Source of the DNA: Macrostomum lignano
Lineage: Eukaryota
Length of the DNA stretch: 64,000 nt
NCBI GenBank assembly: GCA_002269645.1
Contig: NIVC01001106.1
Span: forward strand, 167,979 to 231,978
Direction of reading: 5' to 3'
Both the position numbers and the translations under genes were made by a program. Within the stretch, counting starts at the first letter, position 1. Each line of letters starts with the position of its first letter. Shown here one piece after another: positions 14,397-27,826 of this stretch. The notes under the pieces were generated by a model. The model searched no databases. It had not been told where the DNA came from and saw only the letters and a list, made by a program, of their open reading frames with translations.

Positions 14397-14852
14397 GTAG
14401 AAAATATGTCTAACAAAATCATACTCGTACAAAACTAGTAACTTTCTGTTCATAAATCTTTACTTGAAGTAGAACAGCATGAATGAGCCTGCATGGGCAC
14501 ATACACTGTAAAGCCCATTTATTCTCATACTTCATTGGCTTAGCTAGGATCTGGGTGGTCCTTTTTTCTTATTGGTTCCTGGGGGTAGTGCTTCAATGAC
14601 TAAACTATTTCACCCACAAGACTTGAATTCGTGGCTCCAATAAAGAATAGGAAAAGAGACGAACTCCGCCCAAAAAGCCCACCAAACCCTCGGTACCCTA
14701 TTGTTGAGTTGGGCCACCTCATTCTGTACTCCCGTTCGGCCACACCCGGCTTCTAAAGAAGTCCCTCACTTAAGGTGAGCGCCTGCTAAAAACATCATCT
14801 CTAGATAGCAACTTGCAAGCTCAGCAGCATCTCCGGACAAATTAGCCAGAAG

Positions 14853-15348
14853 ATGGCGCCCAGCCGTTTAAAGCTGGACAAAATGTGGCGCATCTGGTAC
14901 GCAGTGCTGGTAGTTCTGCTGCAAATATTCTTACTGTACTCGGCCGCCGTCCGCTATTCCGTTCACCGGGTTCAAGCGCTTCGCGAGTCCTGGGAGGCCG
15001 GCCCGATGAACTTCTGCCTGGCCGCGCTCATCACCTCGGCCTGCCTTCTGCTGCTGTTCATCTACGCCGCCTTCGCTCGCACCGGCAACTACGCCGAGGA
15101 CGGCGTGTCGCTTGGCCGCGACCATCGGCACCTGAAGTCGGCCATAGCAGCCGTTGGCCAGGAGACCGGCTCGTCCGGCTCAACGACAGGCGCCTCATCC
15201 CCGGCCAGCCTGTCCGAGTTTGCCAGCCGGTTAAGGCGTCACTTCCTGCCGTTCACCTGCGTGCTACACCTGCTAATGTCCGGCTGCCTGCTGCTCTCTG
15301 TGCCAGTGCTGGACGCCTCCTGCCTGCTGCACGACAAGCTGCCAGCCG
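14853..15348 (+). CDS. tinc: Tincar-like multipass membrane protein, exon 1
   Basis: Hydrophobic helices; WRIWYAVLVVLLQ and RTGNYAEDGVSLG resemble Drosophila tincar as I recall it (WS.WYG / GNLANDG.KLG). Donor CG|GTGAGT at 15349, phase 1. Confidence 0.75.
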
Positions 15349-17129
15349 GTGAGTACTAATTAGGTGACGAGGCTAGAAATTCACTGTTGCTCTCTGACAA
15401 TTGCATGCCAATCAAATTTCAACTTCACGCTCAAAGGGAAGGCAAACAGCGTCCTACTATTACAGTCCTACTATAATAGAAGCAAGACAATTAGGTCGTA
15501 TTGACAAAATCGTTAACATTTGCTTTGCAGCTCTCAACATTTAGTGCGAGGAAGTTTCCTAAAATCATCTCGAGCCTATAAGTGAATGTTGCAGTGTTGT
15601 GTAGCTCGTGGTAAAAGATTTGACCCCGGAAACAGTGACCCAAGTGACCCCGAAACCTCGTTTAGCGGCAGTGCCAATCTGCCGCCCGTCTAGCTGTACG
15701 GATTAATTTTAAAGCTCCAATCGAAATCGCATGGTCAATACGCAGCAAAAATGTTGAAACGTTTCTGCTTAAGTCCGAAAGCACGAACTGCAAACAGACT
15801 GGGCACGCCAGCGTTTGTCCGTCTTTTGAATTTGAAGGATTATAATACGATTTCTGCTAACTTCTATTCACTCTACAATACATGCTCAATAACGGCTTGG
15901 TCATTTTTCGTTTTCTAGCTTAGTAGCTAAGTGCAGGTGAAGTGCAGGTGTACAAAATCTACTAAATGTAACTGCATCTACACCAACGATGCAGGCAGAC
16001 CAGAAGCTGTGCATAGGAGATCGGGAATAAACAGAACGCAGAGAGGGACTTGATGGTTGGGAAATCTTGTCACCCTCGTACTTAGGTGGGAGAGAAAGAA
16101 AAAAGTCACCAGGGCGAGGTGAACTTGAAGGGTGGAGAATGTTTTTTTCCCAAAAATATTTTCCCAGGGACAGGAATTAGTGGCTTGCTTGTAATGGGGA
16201 TTTGTATTCTGCAGGGGATCACCACTTCCCTCTGCCTGCCACCATCCTCTTCAACAGTGGATCGAGACGAATCTCGGCGAAGCCAGTGACCTCAAGAAGC
16301 ATCGCGCGCAGTGGGAGGTTAAGAGGTGCAGCTATAGGCCTCCCTTTGGTGGGATTTAATGACCCGATGGGAATTCAGCTCTTGTCTCCTGCCAGTTGGT
16401 TGTTGACTTAAAACACACGCGCGCACACAAGACCGACTGTCGTTCAAAAATTCCAGTTTTCTTTCATCTGGGGCTCCTTTAAAAAATTCTTCATTTCCTG
16501 ACATGTTAAAAAAAGTTCTCGCTGCAATCTAGCTGAGCTAAAAGGCATTTAGTTTTACTGCTATGCCATTAAATATTCGGTGACCATTGAGTGCTGAGAA
16601 TCTCACTCTGAGAAGGCCTGCAAACCAATTTAGTCAGAGGGTTCGTCACCCTCTTTGTCGAGAGGTGGTTTAGTTGCTATGGCCCCCCTTCGGCTACCAA
16701 TAGCCATTCAACCAAGCATCAAGAGTGGAGAACCTGCAACAACAAAGGAGAGAATTCTCGCTCTGAGAATATAATGACGATTGCGTAACCCCCGCCACTC
16801 ACCTGCAGAGACCCGGGAAACAATGTTTCGAGGCGAACATTAAATTTGGAGAAATTCGAATTTAGCCATGTTGCCAAGAGCTCAGCTTGAGGCCATCATA
16901 TTCGCTGTGCTCTCACGCAATTGGGTTAGATACAATTTTAGAAACTCAGGACTAGGAATTTGACAGTGAAGTCTGCTCTGGATGCTTGACGTCCCGTGAA
17001 AAATAGTGGTTTCTGATCAGAGCATTCTCTCTGGCAAAACACAGGTCTATCATTCACCCAATACTGACGACCGATGGGATAAGGACTGAAAAGGACTATC
17101 GGATCAGCACACTCCGTTTTCTCTAAAAG

Positions 17130-17405
17130 CCTCTCTCTCTCTCTTCTCTCTTCTCTCTTCTCTCTTCTCTCTTCTCTCTTCTCTTCTCTCTCCTCTCTTC
17201 TCTTCTCTCTCCTCTCTTCTCTTCTCTCTCCTCTCTCCTCTTCTCTCTCCCGTCTTCTCTTCTCTCTCCTCTACTCTCCTCTCCTCTCTCCTCTTCCCTC
17301 CCCTCCTATTCATCACTCCTCGCCTCTATTCTTCTTTATTCTTTCGTCTCTCCTTCCTCCTACCTCCCTCCCTTCTCTCTTCTCTATTCCTTCTCCTCTC
17401 TCCCC
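17130..17405. repeat. (CTCTT)n / CT-rich microsatellite
   Basis: Direct reading. Confidence 0.93.
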
Positions 17406-17475
17406 TCCTCTGGCCCGCAGTCATGCTCTAGATTCTCTATCTGGCCCTTGAGGTAAAAACGTTTGGAGACCCCTG
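17405..17475 (+). mobile_element. Solo hAT/Charlie-like terminal fragment
   Basis: TGGCCC subterminal motifs and a TTTGGAGACCCCTG end; no partner TIR found. Confidence 0.35.
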
Positions 17476-17799
17476 CTATACCGGTAAACCCTAAGATAAA
17501 CCGAACAAAGAAAACGATGAAAGGGTTGGATCGAGTGAGGTCTGTCTAGGCCGAAATCCGTATGAACTGACATGACGATGTGACTGAGCCTGAGCTATTT
17601 GCTTTGCTCCCAGATTTCACCATTTAGTCTTCAACAAACGGACCTTGGTTTGCTCATATTTTCACCGTTGTCTTGAGGATACTTCGTTATTGTTAATCAA
17701 TGACTAAAGATTTTACGGGTTACGTTTTAAATTATTATTATGTTTGTATACGTTTATTTTATTACTGTGTTTAATGCTTGTGCATGTCGTTTTTTTCAT

Positions 17800-19600
17800 A
17801 GACAAAATCTACCATTGTTAAACTCCACAACCACAGACACAATCTACCATTGTGAAACTCTCCAACCATAGACACAATCTACCATTGTCAAACTCTCCAA
17901 CCATAGACACAATCTACCATTGTCAAACTCCTCAACCACAGACACGATCTACACAATCTACCATTGTCAAACTCTGCAACCACAGACACAATCTACACAA
18001 TCTACCATTGTCAAACTCCTCAACCACAGACACGATCTACACAGTCTACCATTGTCAAACTCTGCAACCACAGACACAATCTACCATTGTCAAACTCCTC
18101 AACCACAGACACAATCTACCATTGTCAAACTCTCCAACCACAGACACAATCCACCATTGTCAAACTCCTCAACCACAGACACAATCTACCATTGTCAAAC
18201 TCTCCAACCACAGACACAATCCACCATTGTCAAACTCTCCAACCACAGACACAATCTACCATTGTCAAACTCTCCAACCATAGACACAATCTACCATTGT
18301 CAAACTCCCCAACCATAGACACAATCTACCATTGTCAAACTCTCCAACCATAGACACAATCTACCATTGTTAAACTCCACAACCACAGACACAATCTACG
18401 ATTGTGAAACTCTCCAACCATAGACACAATCTACCATTGTCAAACTCTCCAACCATAGACACAATCTACCATTGTCAAACTCCTCAACCACAGACACGAT
18501 CTACACAATCTACCATTGTCAAACTCTGCAACCACAGACACAATCTACCATTGTCAAACTCCTCAACCACAGACACAATCTACCATTGTCAAACTCTCCA
18601 ACCACAGACACAATCCACCATTGTCAAACTCTCCAACCACAGACACAATCTACCATTGTCAAACTCTCCAACCATAGACACAATCTACCATTGTCAAACT
18701 CCCCAACCATAGACACAATCTACCATTGTCAAACTCTCCAACCATAGACACAATCTACCATTGTCAAACTCTCCAACCATAGACACAATCTACCATTGTC
18801 AAACTCTCCAACCATAGACACAATCTACCATTGTCAAACTCTCCAACCACAGATACAATTCACCATTGTCAAACTCCTCAACCACAGACACAATCTACCA
18901 TTGTCAAACTCCTCAACCACAGACACAATCTACCATTGTCAAACTCTCCAACCATAGACACAATCTACCATTGTCAAACTCCTCAACCACAGACACGATC
19001 TACACAATCTACCATTGTCAAACTCTCCAACCACAGACACAATCTACCATTGTCAAACTCCCCAACCATAGACACAATTCACCATTGTCAAACTCCTCAA
19101 CCACAGACACAATCTACCATTGTCAAACTCTCCAACCATAGACACAATCTACCATTGTCAAACTCTCCAACCATAGACATAATCTACCATTGTCAAACTC
19201 CTCAACCACAGACACGATCTACACAATCTACCATTGTCAAACTCTCCAACCACAGACACAATCTACCATTGTCAAACTCCCCAACCACAGACACAATCTA
19301 CCATTGTCAAACTCCCCAACCATAGACACAATCTACCATTGTTAAACTCTCCAACCACAGACACAATCTACCATTGTCAAACTCCCCAACCATAGACACA
19401 ATCTACCATTGTCAAACTCCACAAGCGTTAAATGCAATCTACCATTTGGGTACGAGTAGTTAAAAAGTTCCCACGAATTCCCTCTGTTTACAAAAAATGC
19501 AAAGGTAAATGTTGATGACTGGATGAAAAGAACAGTAGAAATGGTTATCAGTAGTTATAGTTTATGACCCTAACCAAGTCAGTACTTGACAGATTGCTGT
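17800..19600 (+). repeat. 35-bp minisatellite array plus shared unique flank (copy 1, tincar intron)
   Basis: Unit ACAATCTACCATTGTCAAACTCTCCAACCATAGAC to ~19445, then ~150 bp homologous to 29025-29190. Confidence 0.93.
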
Positions 19601-20024
19601 GCGCACAGTGCAAGAGAATTGGCCTGGATTGGACAGGTGAACTCCTCTCAAACAGGCCAGACCCAGACGACAAACCACTGCTGCTCCCTTGTAACACTGT
19701 CGCCTGCACGTAGTTAAGAAAAAAATACCCAAGAAAAAACAAATTGGCAGGGGAAGCGAAGGCCACGAGGGTTGGAAGAAATCTAATGAGTCTGATTTGG
19801 GTACAGAATTGACTAGCTCTCGGCAAGGCCCTGGATCCCGGACCCGAGCAGTCGGCACAAAAAACCTATGGAATTCAAAGTTTTGAAACTCTTTACTAAT
19901 AGAAGTTTCGAATAGTTTCTAATTCCCAATGAGTGAATTATCATAACGTATTTTCCAGCGGAGATATTTTTGTGTTTGCAAAGCCAAATTTGTGGAATTT
20001 CTAATTCTTAATAACTACGGGGTC

Positions 20025-20770
20025 AATCTAGAAAGATCCTGGGACCAATCTAGGGAGATCTTGGGACCAATCTAGGGAGATCTTGGGAACAATCTAGGGA
20101 GATCTTGGGAACAACCTAGGGAGATCTTGGGACCAATCTAGAGAGAGAGATCTTGGGGAAGAATCTATTGAGATCTTGGGAACAATCTATGGAAATCTTG
20201 GGACCAATCTCGGGAGATCTTGGGAACAATCTATGAATATCTTGGGACCAATATATGGACATCTTGGGGAAGAATCTAGGGACATCTTGGGGAACAATCT
20301 ATGGAAATATTGGGGAACAATCTATGGAAATATTGGGGAACAATCTATGGACATCTTGGGGAACAATCTAGGGAGATCTTGGGAACAATCTATGGAGACC
20401 TTGGAAAAGAATCTAGGGAGATCTTGGGACCAATCTAGGGAGATCTTGGGACCAATCTAGGGAGATCTTGGGACCAATCTAGGGAGATCTTGGGACCAAT
20501 CTAGGGAGATCTTGGGACCAATCTAGGGAGATCTTGGGACCAATCTAGGGAGATCTTGGGACCAATCTAGGGAGATCTTGGGACCAATCTAGGGAGATCT
20601 TGGGAACAATCTAGGGAGATCTTGGGGAAGAATCTATTGAGATCTTGGGAACAATCTATGGAGATCTTGGGGAAGAATCTAGGGAGATCTTGCAAACAAT
20701 CTATGGAGATCTTGGGGAAGAAACTAGGGAGATCTTGGGAACAATCTATGGAGATCTTGGGACCAATCTA
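20025..20770. repeat. 22-bp minisatellite in the tincar intron
   Basis: (GGACCAATCTAGGGAGATCTTG)n. Confidence 0.95.
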
Positions 20771-23700
20771 CGCTCATTGGAATTGATCTGGGGGCAGTCA
20801 ATGCAGGAATATCTCGGGGAGCAATAGAGCATTATTGGGGGATCTACTCTTGGGGAGAATTTTTGGGGTCTCTGACATCTCTTTAGGGGGGCAGTCAAGA
20901 GGCACAGTCTCAGTCTTGCAGATTGTTTCTAATAAATGAATTATAAACAGGACAAAGGGCTCTTTGTCTGTTTTATGAATGTTTATCGAACTCTTAACTA
21001 TGCCGCATATCATGTTTGTCCCTGATTCGGCCCTTGTGTCCAGGGCCGCGCCCGAGCCAGCCAGCATCTACTATAAGGCGGTTGTACTTACGCGTGGCAT
21101 ACTCTGTATGACTTGGCGCAATGCGCTAGCTCGAATGCATCGCATTGTATGCAGAATAAGCAGAGAGAGACTCGGGTCATTTTTCTACCCTCTATACTAA
21201 ACTATAGCTAGCCTATTGTGCCGAAAAATTCTATAAGGTTCTTCTTTACACCCGTCACCCACTCAGCAGTGACCCCCTGGTCTGCCTGAGGCAGCACTGT
21301 ACACATTGTGTACCCGACAGAGTAAATGCCCCACAATACTCCAGTTCCTTTTCTCAAGTATTGCATTCATTTTATGCCCTTCGCCTAGTCTTACCGCTCT
21401 CTGTTCTCAATTAAAGAGCTCAGGTATAGTTGAGCTGTTGCAGGCGGGAGCAGGTTTAGCTGGCCGTTCGCTCCTCTCCTCTGTCTCTCTCTCTCTTATA
21501 TACTTATATATAAACTTACTTTGTATTGTAATGCTGCGACTGCTGCCAACTAACATGCTTAAACAACAATGGCGGCCCACCCATGTTGGAGAGTCGCCTC
21601 GTTGCTGCAGGGTAAACAATAGATCACCTTGAGTCCATGCGTGTCTGCCTGCCTGTCTTCTATATGTCTTAGATGGGATATAAGCTTCTATTACTCGCCT
21701 CGATTGCTTTTTTACAGGTACCGATTCAGACTGTATGAATAAGGGTAGCTCAGAAGGGTCCAGTTCGCACACAGGTATAACAGAGAAAATAATAGGGTGA
21801 AAAAGCAGGCAGGTGGTAAGAGACCACAGGGCCACACCAAAAATACGGTAATGGCGTTTGCCACTTAATTCATGAGAGCACCAAACCAGGTCTCTCTCTC
21901 TCTATTCAGTTTCTATTCTCAATAACTAAACCGACAGCAAGAGAGGCAGAGATAAATAGCGATAGACACACACGGTGCGTACAACAGTTCCTAAAGCTTT
22001 GAGTTCAAAGCTCCCCCAAAAACCAGCCTTGGCAACTCCAGGCTGTCTCTACTACTCTGCATTTCTCAACTGTGTGTGCATTTTTTCTGCATATCAGAAG
22101 AAGCAGAGACACAGAGACAGAGAGAGGGTTTGTGGCGCATCTGATAGCGGAGCCAAGCTAAAAAAAACAGGACTCAAAACATTTGATAACGCTAACCGTT
22201 TGACCCTTTGTTGAGGCTTTTTTATATGGCCTCTTATCAGGCAGTAGTAGTAGCATTAGTGGAGAGCTCGTCACGATACAAGAGAATTCAAAACCTTGCA
22301 TGCTCAACTGACGACAATGATGTTGCTATGCATAGAAGACCGAGTGCCAAAATGCCTAATTAATAATCTGAATTCGGTAAGATGTGGATGCGAGATAAAG
22401 AGCAAAGACTTGAATGAGGGAAGCTGAATCAGCGCCTCATCATTCTTCGGGGATTATAGCTGACCTCGCACAGGTTGCTTGCTGACGGGGTTAAAAAGGG
22501 GTCGAAAATCCTCAGTGTAATCGCTGAACTGGAAAATCGGGCTTATTTATCTTACCAGAAAAAGCGGTTCTTCGGGTCAACGGATGCGCGCGCTGGCCGC
22601 TAGTATTAACAAATATGTGTCTTCTAAAAACTTTTTTTTCCGATACAAAGACCTCAGATCTATAGATATTTTATTTGTCATTAGATATGACTTCAACTCC
22701 ATTTTGGCTTCGTTGCAAACCTCAAAGAACTCGAGAACTTCACCGACGATGTTCACCGACGATGTTCACCGACGATAAGCGTCGACGTAGTTGACACGGT
22801 GCAGAAAGACGTCTCGGAAATCGTGGGAACGCCATGACTTCGCTCCCCCTCTCGTAGTTGGTTTGGTATTAGGAAGCCCCACTCAGTTGTTCCGCTATTG
22901 ACAAATCCAGATTACAGATCGGGGAAAGACTCAATACTTACATATTAGCTAATTAATCCATTTGTCAACACCGGACAATGGTTGTAATCCCACTACTCAG
23001 AAAATTGAATTGGGTTTCCTCGCTGCAGCGTGAAAAGTTGGTTAGCAAATAGAATGGCAAAAATCGGTTCTCAATCACAATGCAAACATCGAATCGAATC
23101 CCTCCTCCTGGGGGTCCAGGTGTCCCAGGTCGCACAGAGTTGTACACAAATGGATTTCGATGAGACACTGAGTCACATCAACTGACTTGAATATATCACA
23201 CTCACACACGCACCGACAGCGTGAGGGGAGGGGTGTAAGAAGGGGGGCAGGGAGACCCGCAGACGGTCTTCAGTTTCTGATTGCGCAATCGGCTATATCA
23301 ATCAGTCAGTCCAGTCCAGGCCATACCAGCCCGCATATACCGCCACTTTTTTTGTCGGGTTTCGTCCTGCTGCGCAGTGGACATATACGCTCGTATGTGT
23401 ATGGAAAATGCATCCGGCTGGAACTCCGCGACGCGGTTGGCCACTCCATGCAGTCCATCGGTGAGTCTGCAATGCTGGGCTTGAAGCCCCGCGCTGGCGT
23501 CGACTACTTGTTCCTCCCGAGGGGGAGCCGAGTCATAGGAAGCGTTATCACCTACCAGATTCGGTTCCGAAATCCCCTCGGGCTAATGCCTCGATTAGAC
23601 CCTGCTAATCCCGCAAGGTGCGATTAAAATCAGTAGCTATAATCATTCGTTCCTCGAGCCTACGAGACTATCATCCATCGTCTTAATAAATCTCTTTGAC

Positions 23701-24368
23701 ACCAGATAGATCCGTCTGTGATGGTGTTGGTTTCTAATAAAGACTTTTTGCTAAAGTCTTTGTTCGTTGTTTTTAGGGCTATAGTAGGATTTCAAACAGT
23801 CTGAAAGCATTCAATCTCCAACATCCTAAGCCGGCGATCATGGATGATGTAATCCGGCAATGACCAAGCCTGTGCTGGCCTACTGAGATTCACACGCAGC
23901 CCCGACATTGCCTCATTAAATATTCATTCTCTGTTGCCCAACTGATTGATGCGGACCTGCTGCTGCTGGGTGTCCAGCTTGCAATCTACATGTCTCTCGT
24001 TTTCACTTCCATATGGTCAGCTTTTGGGTGGAATTTGGCTATCGATTTGATAGAGGTGACCGGTTTCATTAGACGACTTAAGTAGAGCTGAATTTTTTGA
24101 AGACCCGTTTCCTACTGAAGTCGTCCTTGGACAGACAATTAACGTACATCTCAAGGTAGAGAATGAGCTTACATTACAGGATATAGAATAAAAGATAGAT
24201 ACCGACAAACTATTTTTAGTATATTGGAAGTACATTGCATTTAGAGTAGATAATGTATATACATGAAAGGACGTACATAAAGGACGTCTACCTAAATTCT
24301 GCGGCGTCCACCATACCACCACGCTCGGTAATCTAAAAGCCACATCACCTGCGATTTACCTCCCACAG

Positions 24369-25494
24369 AAGCGGTCTGGAGCTCCGACTTGGACTTCGCC
24401 ATTCGACCAACCGTCCGGTCTAGCAACCCTGTCTCTGGCGAGGCGTTCAACCTGGCTCTGGCGCTCTCCATCCTGCTCATTCGGTATCCGACCGTGTTCT
24501 GGTACACCAATCGGCTCTTTGCCTTCCTGCTGTCCATGGTCCTCTGCGTCGCCAGCCTGCACGTCCTGCTGGCTTACGAAGCCTCCTCGGTCCTCTACAA
24601 AGCCGCAGTTGTCGAGCCCGCAATCGCCGCCCAGGTCGGCCTGGCGCCGGCCGCCGTCCTGGGCCTCCTGACGGCTGGCGACCTGCTGCTGTTGATATCG
24701 GCTACTGCCTACTTCGAGTTCGGCTACGCCCAGGTCCTAGCCAGCCTGCGCAGGTATCGGCACCTGCTGATTGCCGAGTCCGCCTCCAGCTGCTGCGGCA
24801 GCGACAGATCCTGCAGCAGTTGCGCAGCCGCGGCTGCTACCGCCGACGCCGGACCCTGCTGGCTGACGCACGCGCCGCACCTGTCAGGCGGCCTGCTAAC
24901 CCTAGCGGCCGTGCTGTGCAAGGCGCCGCTAGTCTGGGCCTGGATCTCCGTCTACCGAACCAGCCGCCACCCGCTGCTGCTGCTGGCCACCGTCTCCGCC
25001 GTTGCCTACGCCGCCGTCTGGTTGGCCGTCTGGCTGGCCTTGTGCCTGCGCTCGCGCTGGCGGTTCCGGGTTCGACTCGACTCCGGTGGCGGCGGCGGAG
25101 GCAGAGGAGGCGTTTATCCGATGCGGCAGGCGACCGGCCAGGGCGCCGGTTCGAAGCGCGGCTCCCACGCGGGCTCGCAGCTGTCCGACTCGGAGGCCGT
25201 CAGCCGGAACAACCAGTACATGTACATGCAGCAGCTGGCCGACTGTCAGGCCGGCCTCATCCCGACTATCTCAGAGCAGGTCGACAACGTCAGCGAAGGC
25301 TCCTACAGCGGCGTCGGCAACGGAGGCGGCGGAAACGGCAGCAGCCACGGCGGCACTCTGGACCGCGACAGGCAGAGCGGCTTGGTAAAGTACCAGGTCC
25401 GGCGGAACTCGGGCCAGATTGCTGGCAGCCAGGCGGGCAGCCTGCGGCGCGGGCCCGGCCGTGTAACCTTCAAGGATCCGCACCATCAGGAGCT

Positions 25495-25528
<34 letters not shown>

Positions 25529-26215
25529 CAACAGCAACAACAGCAGCCCAGCTCGCCAGGCTCGAGTCAGAACACTTCCTCAGACAGCGGAGTCGGCGGG
25601 CACCATCATCATCACCATCATCAGCACTGCGGCGGCGTGCCGGACGAATATGCCCAGGTAGCCAAGGCTGCCCGACAGTGCAGCTTCGACGAGTACCAGA
25701 TGTACGCCGACGCCCGCCTGGCTGGCGAGTTCTTCCAGGAGCCGCCGTACGTTTCGCACGCCGATTTGTACAGCCGCGTTCCCCCCGTGCTGCCGCCGCC
25801 GCCGACTCACCGGAGCGGCGGAATTGAGGCGTCGGCAACGGCCGGACCAGCCATGATGGCCGCGTCAGCCTCATCGGCGGTGGTCGGCTACATTGGCACC
25901 GGCGGGGTGAGCACCTTCGGCAGGTCAACCGGCGCCACCCTCGTCGTTGGCAGCCGTCAAGACGGGGAGCGCGTGCCGGATATCCTCATCAACCGGAGCC
26001 CCTACGGCAGCCTGGCCCGGTCCAAGCCGATGCCGGCCGCCGGCGGAGTCGCCTCGGCGGCCGCTTCGATGGCCGCCGCCGCCGCCGCGGCCCGCCAGCT
26101 TGGCGCCGTCGGTGACCTGCACCAGCATGGCGGCTCATTCGGCTCGCTGCCGCCGCCGCCGCCTGAGCTCGACAATCAGCCGCAGCACGTGGACGGACTG
26201 TGTAGCCAGGTGTGA
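24369..26215 (+). CDS. tinc: Tincar-like protein, exon 2 (TM helices plus long low-complexity cytoplasmic tail)
   Basis: Acceptor CCCACAG at 24368 joins in phase to give LPA-EAVWSSDLDF. EAFNLALALSILLIRYPTVFWYTNRLF resembles the tincar RYPxVFWxTN motif. PolyQ and polyH tracts; ends CSQV*. Total ~780 aa across a 9-kb intron. Confidence 0.8.
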
Positions 26216-27826
26216 GTGCGACGACAGTCGAGTTTAGCTGAAATCGGCCTTCAAATTTTGATTGGCTCAGTCAGTTTTAGGATTGAAAGGGTAATAGGTT
26301 TTTAAAATCACCAGAAAAAAACAATATTGAAGGCTGATTACAAATTGATCATTTCTAAACTTTAAAACCTCTTTTTTGATGTAGTTGTAACAAATAGTAA
26401 CAAATAGTAATGGAATTCGGCGAAATATGAGTGCATAATTCAGACTAAGTATAGTTACGAAATATAGAATATTACCAGATATACTCAAGTCCTCTTGTAT
26501 TAATTAAAAATAATAAGAAATAGATTTTTGCACTAAAACCTGCAATCCTTAATGACTTTATTTTCAATGCGCGGTCAGCATCTAACTACCCTTTAGTCCA
26601 AAATTTCTGTCAGAAATCTCATAATCGTTATAAGTTATAACAAAGTATATGCGTGGTGTTGATCTGTTTCATAAAACAACTTGCAGAGTTTTTATTATAT
26701 TAAACATTTTAATACATATTAAGAAAATGTCGTTTGATGTATACATGCGCGTCAGGCGCTGATAATTTAATTTATTTAGTTATTACAAGTTTTCACCAAC
26801 CAATTACTACATGTGCCTACCTCCAGTCTTTCATTAAATTTGTCTCCTACCCACACATGCGCGCTGGTTCTCAAGACGAAGAACAACATTAACATATATA
26901 TAAACAAAGCAAATGTCGCATGAGCTAAAAAATTGTATAAAAATTAAATCCTTATATTATTCACAAAAACTGTCATTTGTGTACACTATAGGCGATCAGT
27001 TTGTACACCTTATTCTTCTGTAATTAGTTTTAAATTCATACTACAATACTATAGCTACGCTAAATGTATCATTTTTCTTCCTTATATAGCGAGTCTGAAT
27101 CCATAGCAATTTTAATCCTAGTTTTTGTCATTAATAACTTTTTAAACTTGAATTTTACTGAGGCTGGAATATAACTTTAATTACCACGTACTTTTGTTTG
27201 TACAAACACACTTGCTTTGTTATTTACTTTTAGTTAAACAAAAATATATTCTTTGTTTTGCTTAAACTCGGAACGTTTATTGTTTGAATGAACTGTAAAA
27301 TCGCGCGATCTTTAATAGAAATAGAACTTTTCTATTCTATTGACAAATAATTTGCCTTCTTTATTTTATTCTGAAGTCAGATTACATTTAAATTCATTAT
27401 ACGATAAAAAGAATACATCGATCACACCGATCGAAGAAACTAGAACCGTGTTTCCTTCTTTGCTGCATGCAAAAATCGCGACACTTTTCTGGGCTGGCTG
27501 CGACCCTGCAGAACCACCGCGTTAGGCGCGGGTGTCGAACATCGCAGCGATTCGAAAGAAATGTCAACTAAAATAGGAGTATTTTAGCCGTAGCTACAGC
27601 AAAACGGCAGAGAGATAGGGAAGAGACGAAAGCCAGCTGCCCCAAATCTTCTTTTGTTTTTCTTTCGATTTGCAATCTATTTTCAGTCTGTCTGTCTATG
27701 CTTTTCTCCATTCGCGTCTTTTTGCACCGTAACTGCAGCTGGGGCGACATAAATTTATACTTCTTTAGCCTCGGAGGTGTTGGCAGCATGTACTTCTGCC
27801 TAAAACGCTTTCTTCACCTTAGATTT

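Noticed and set aside
27493-27550. Nested hairpin (GCTGCGA/TCGCAGC around CCGCG-TTAGG-CGCGG) with TCGAA, HDV-ribozyme-like
   Set aside because: Only ~11 nt are available for P3, L3, P1' and P1.1; no P1 pairing found.
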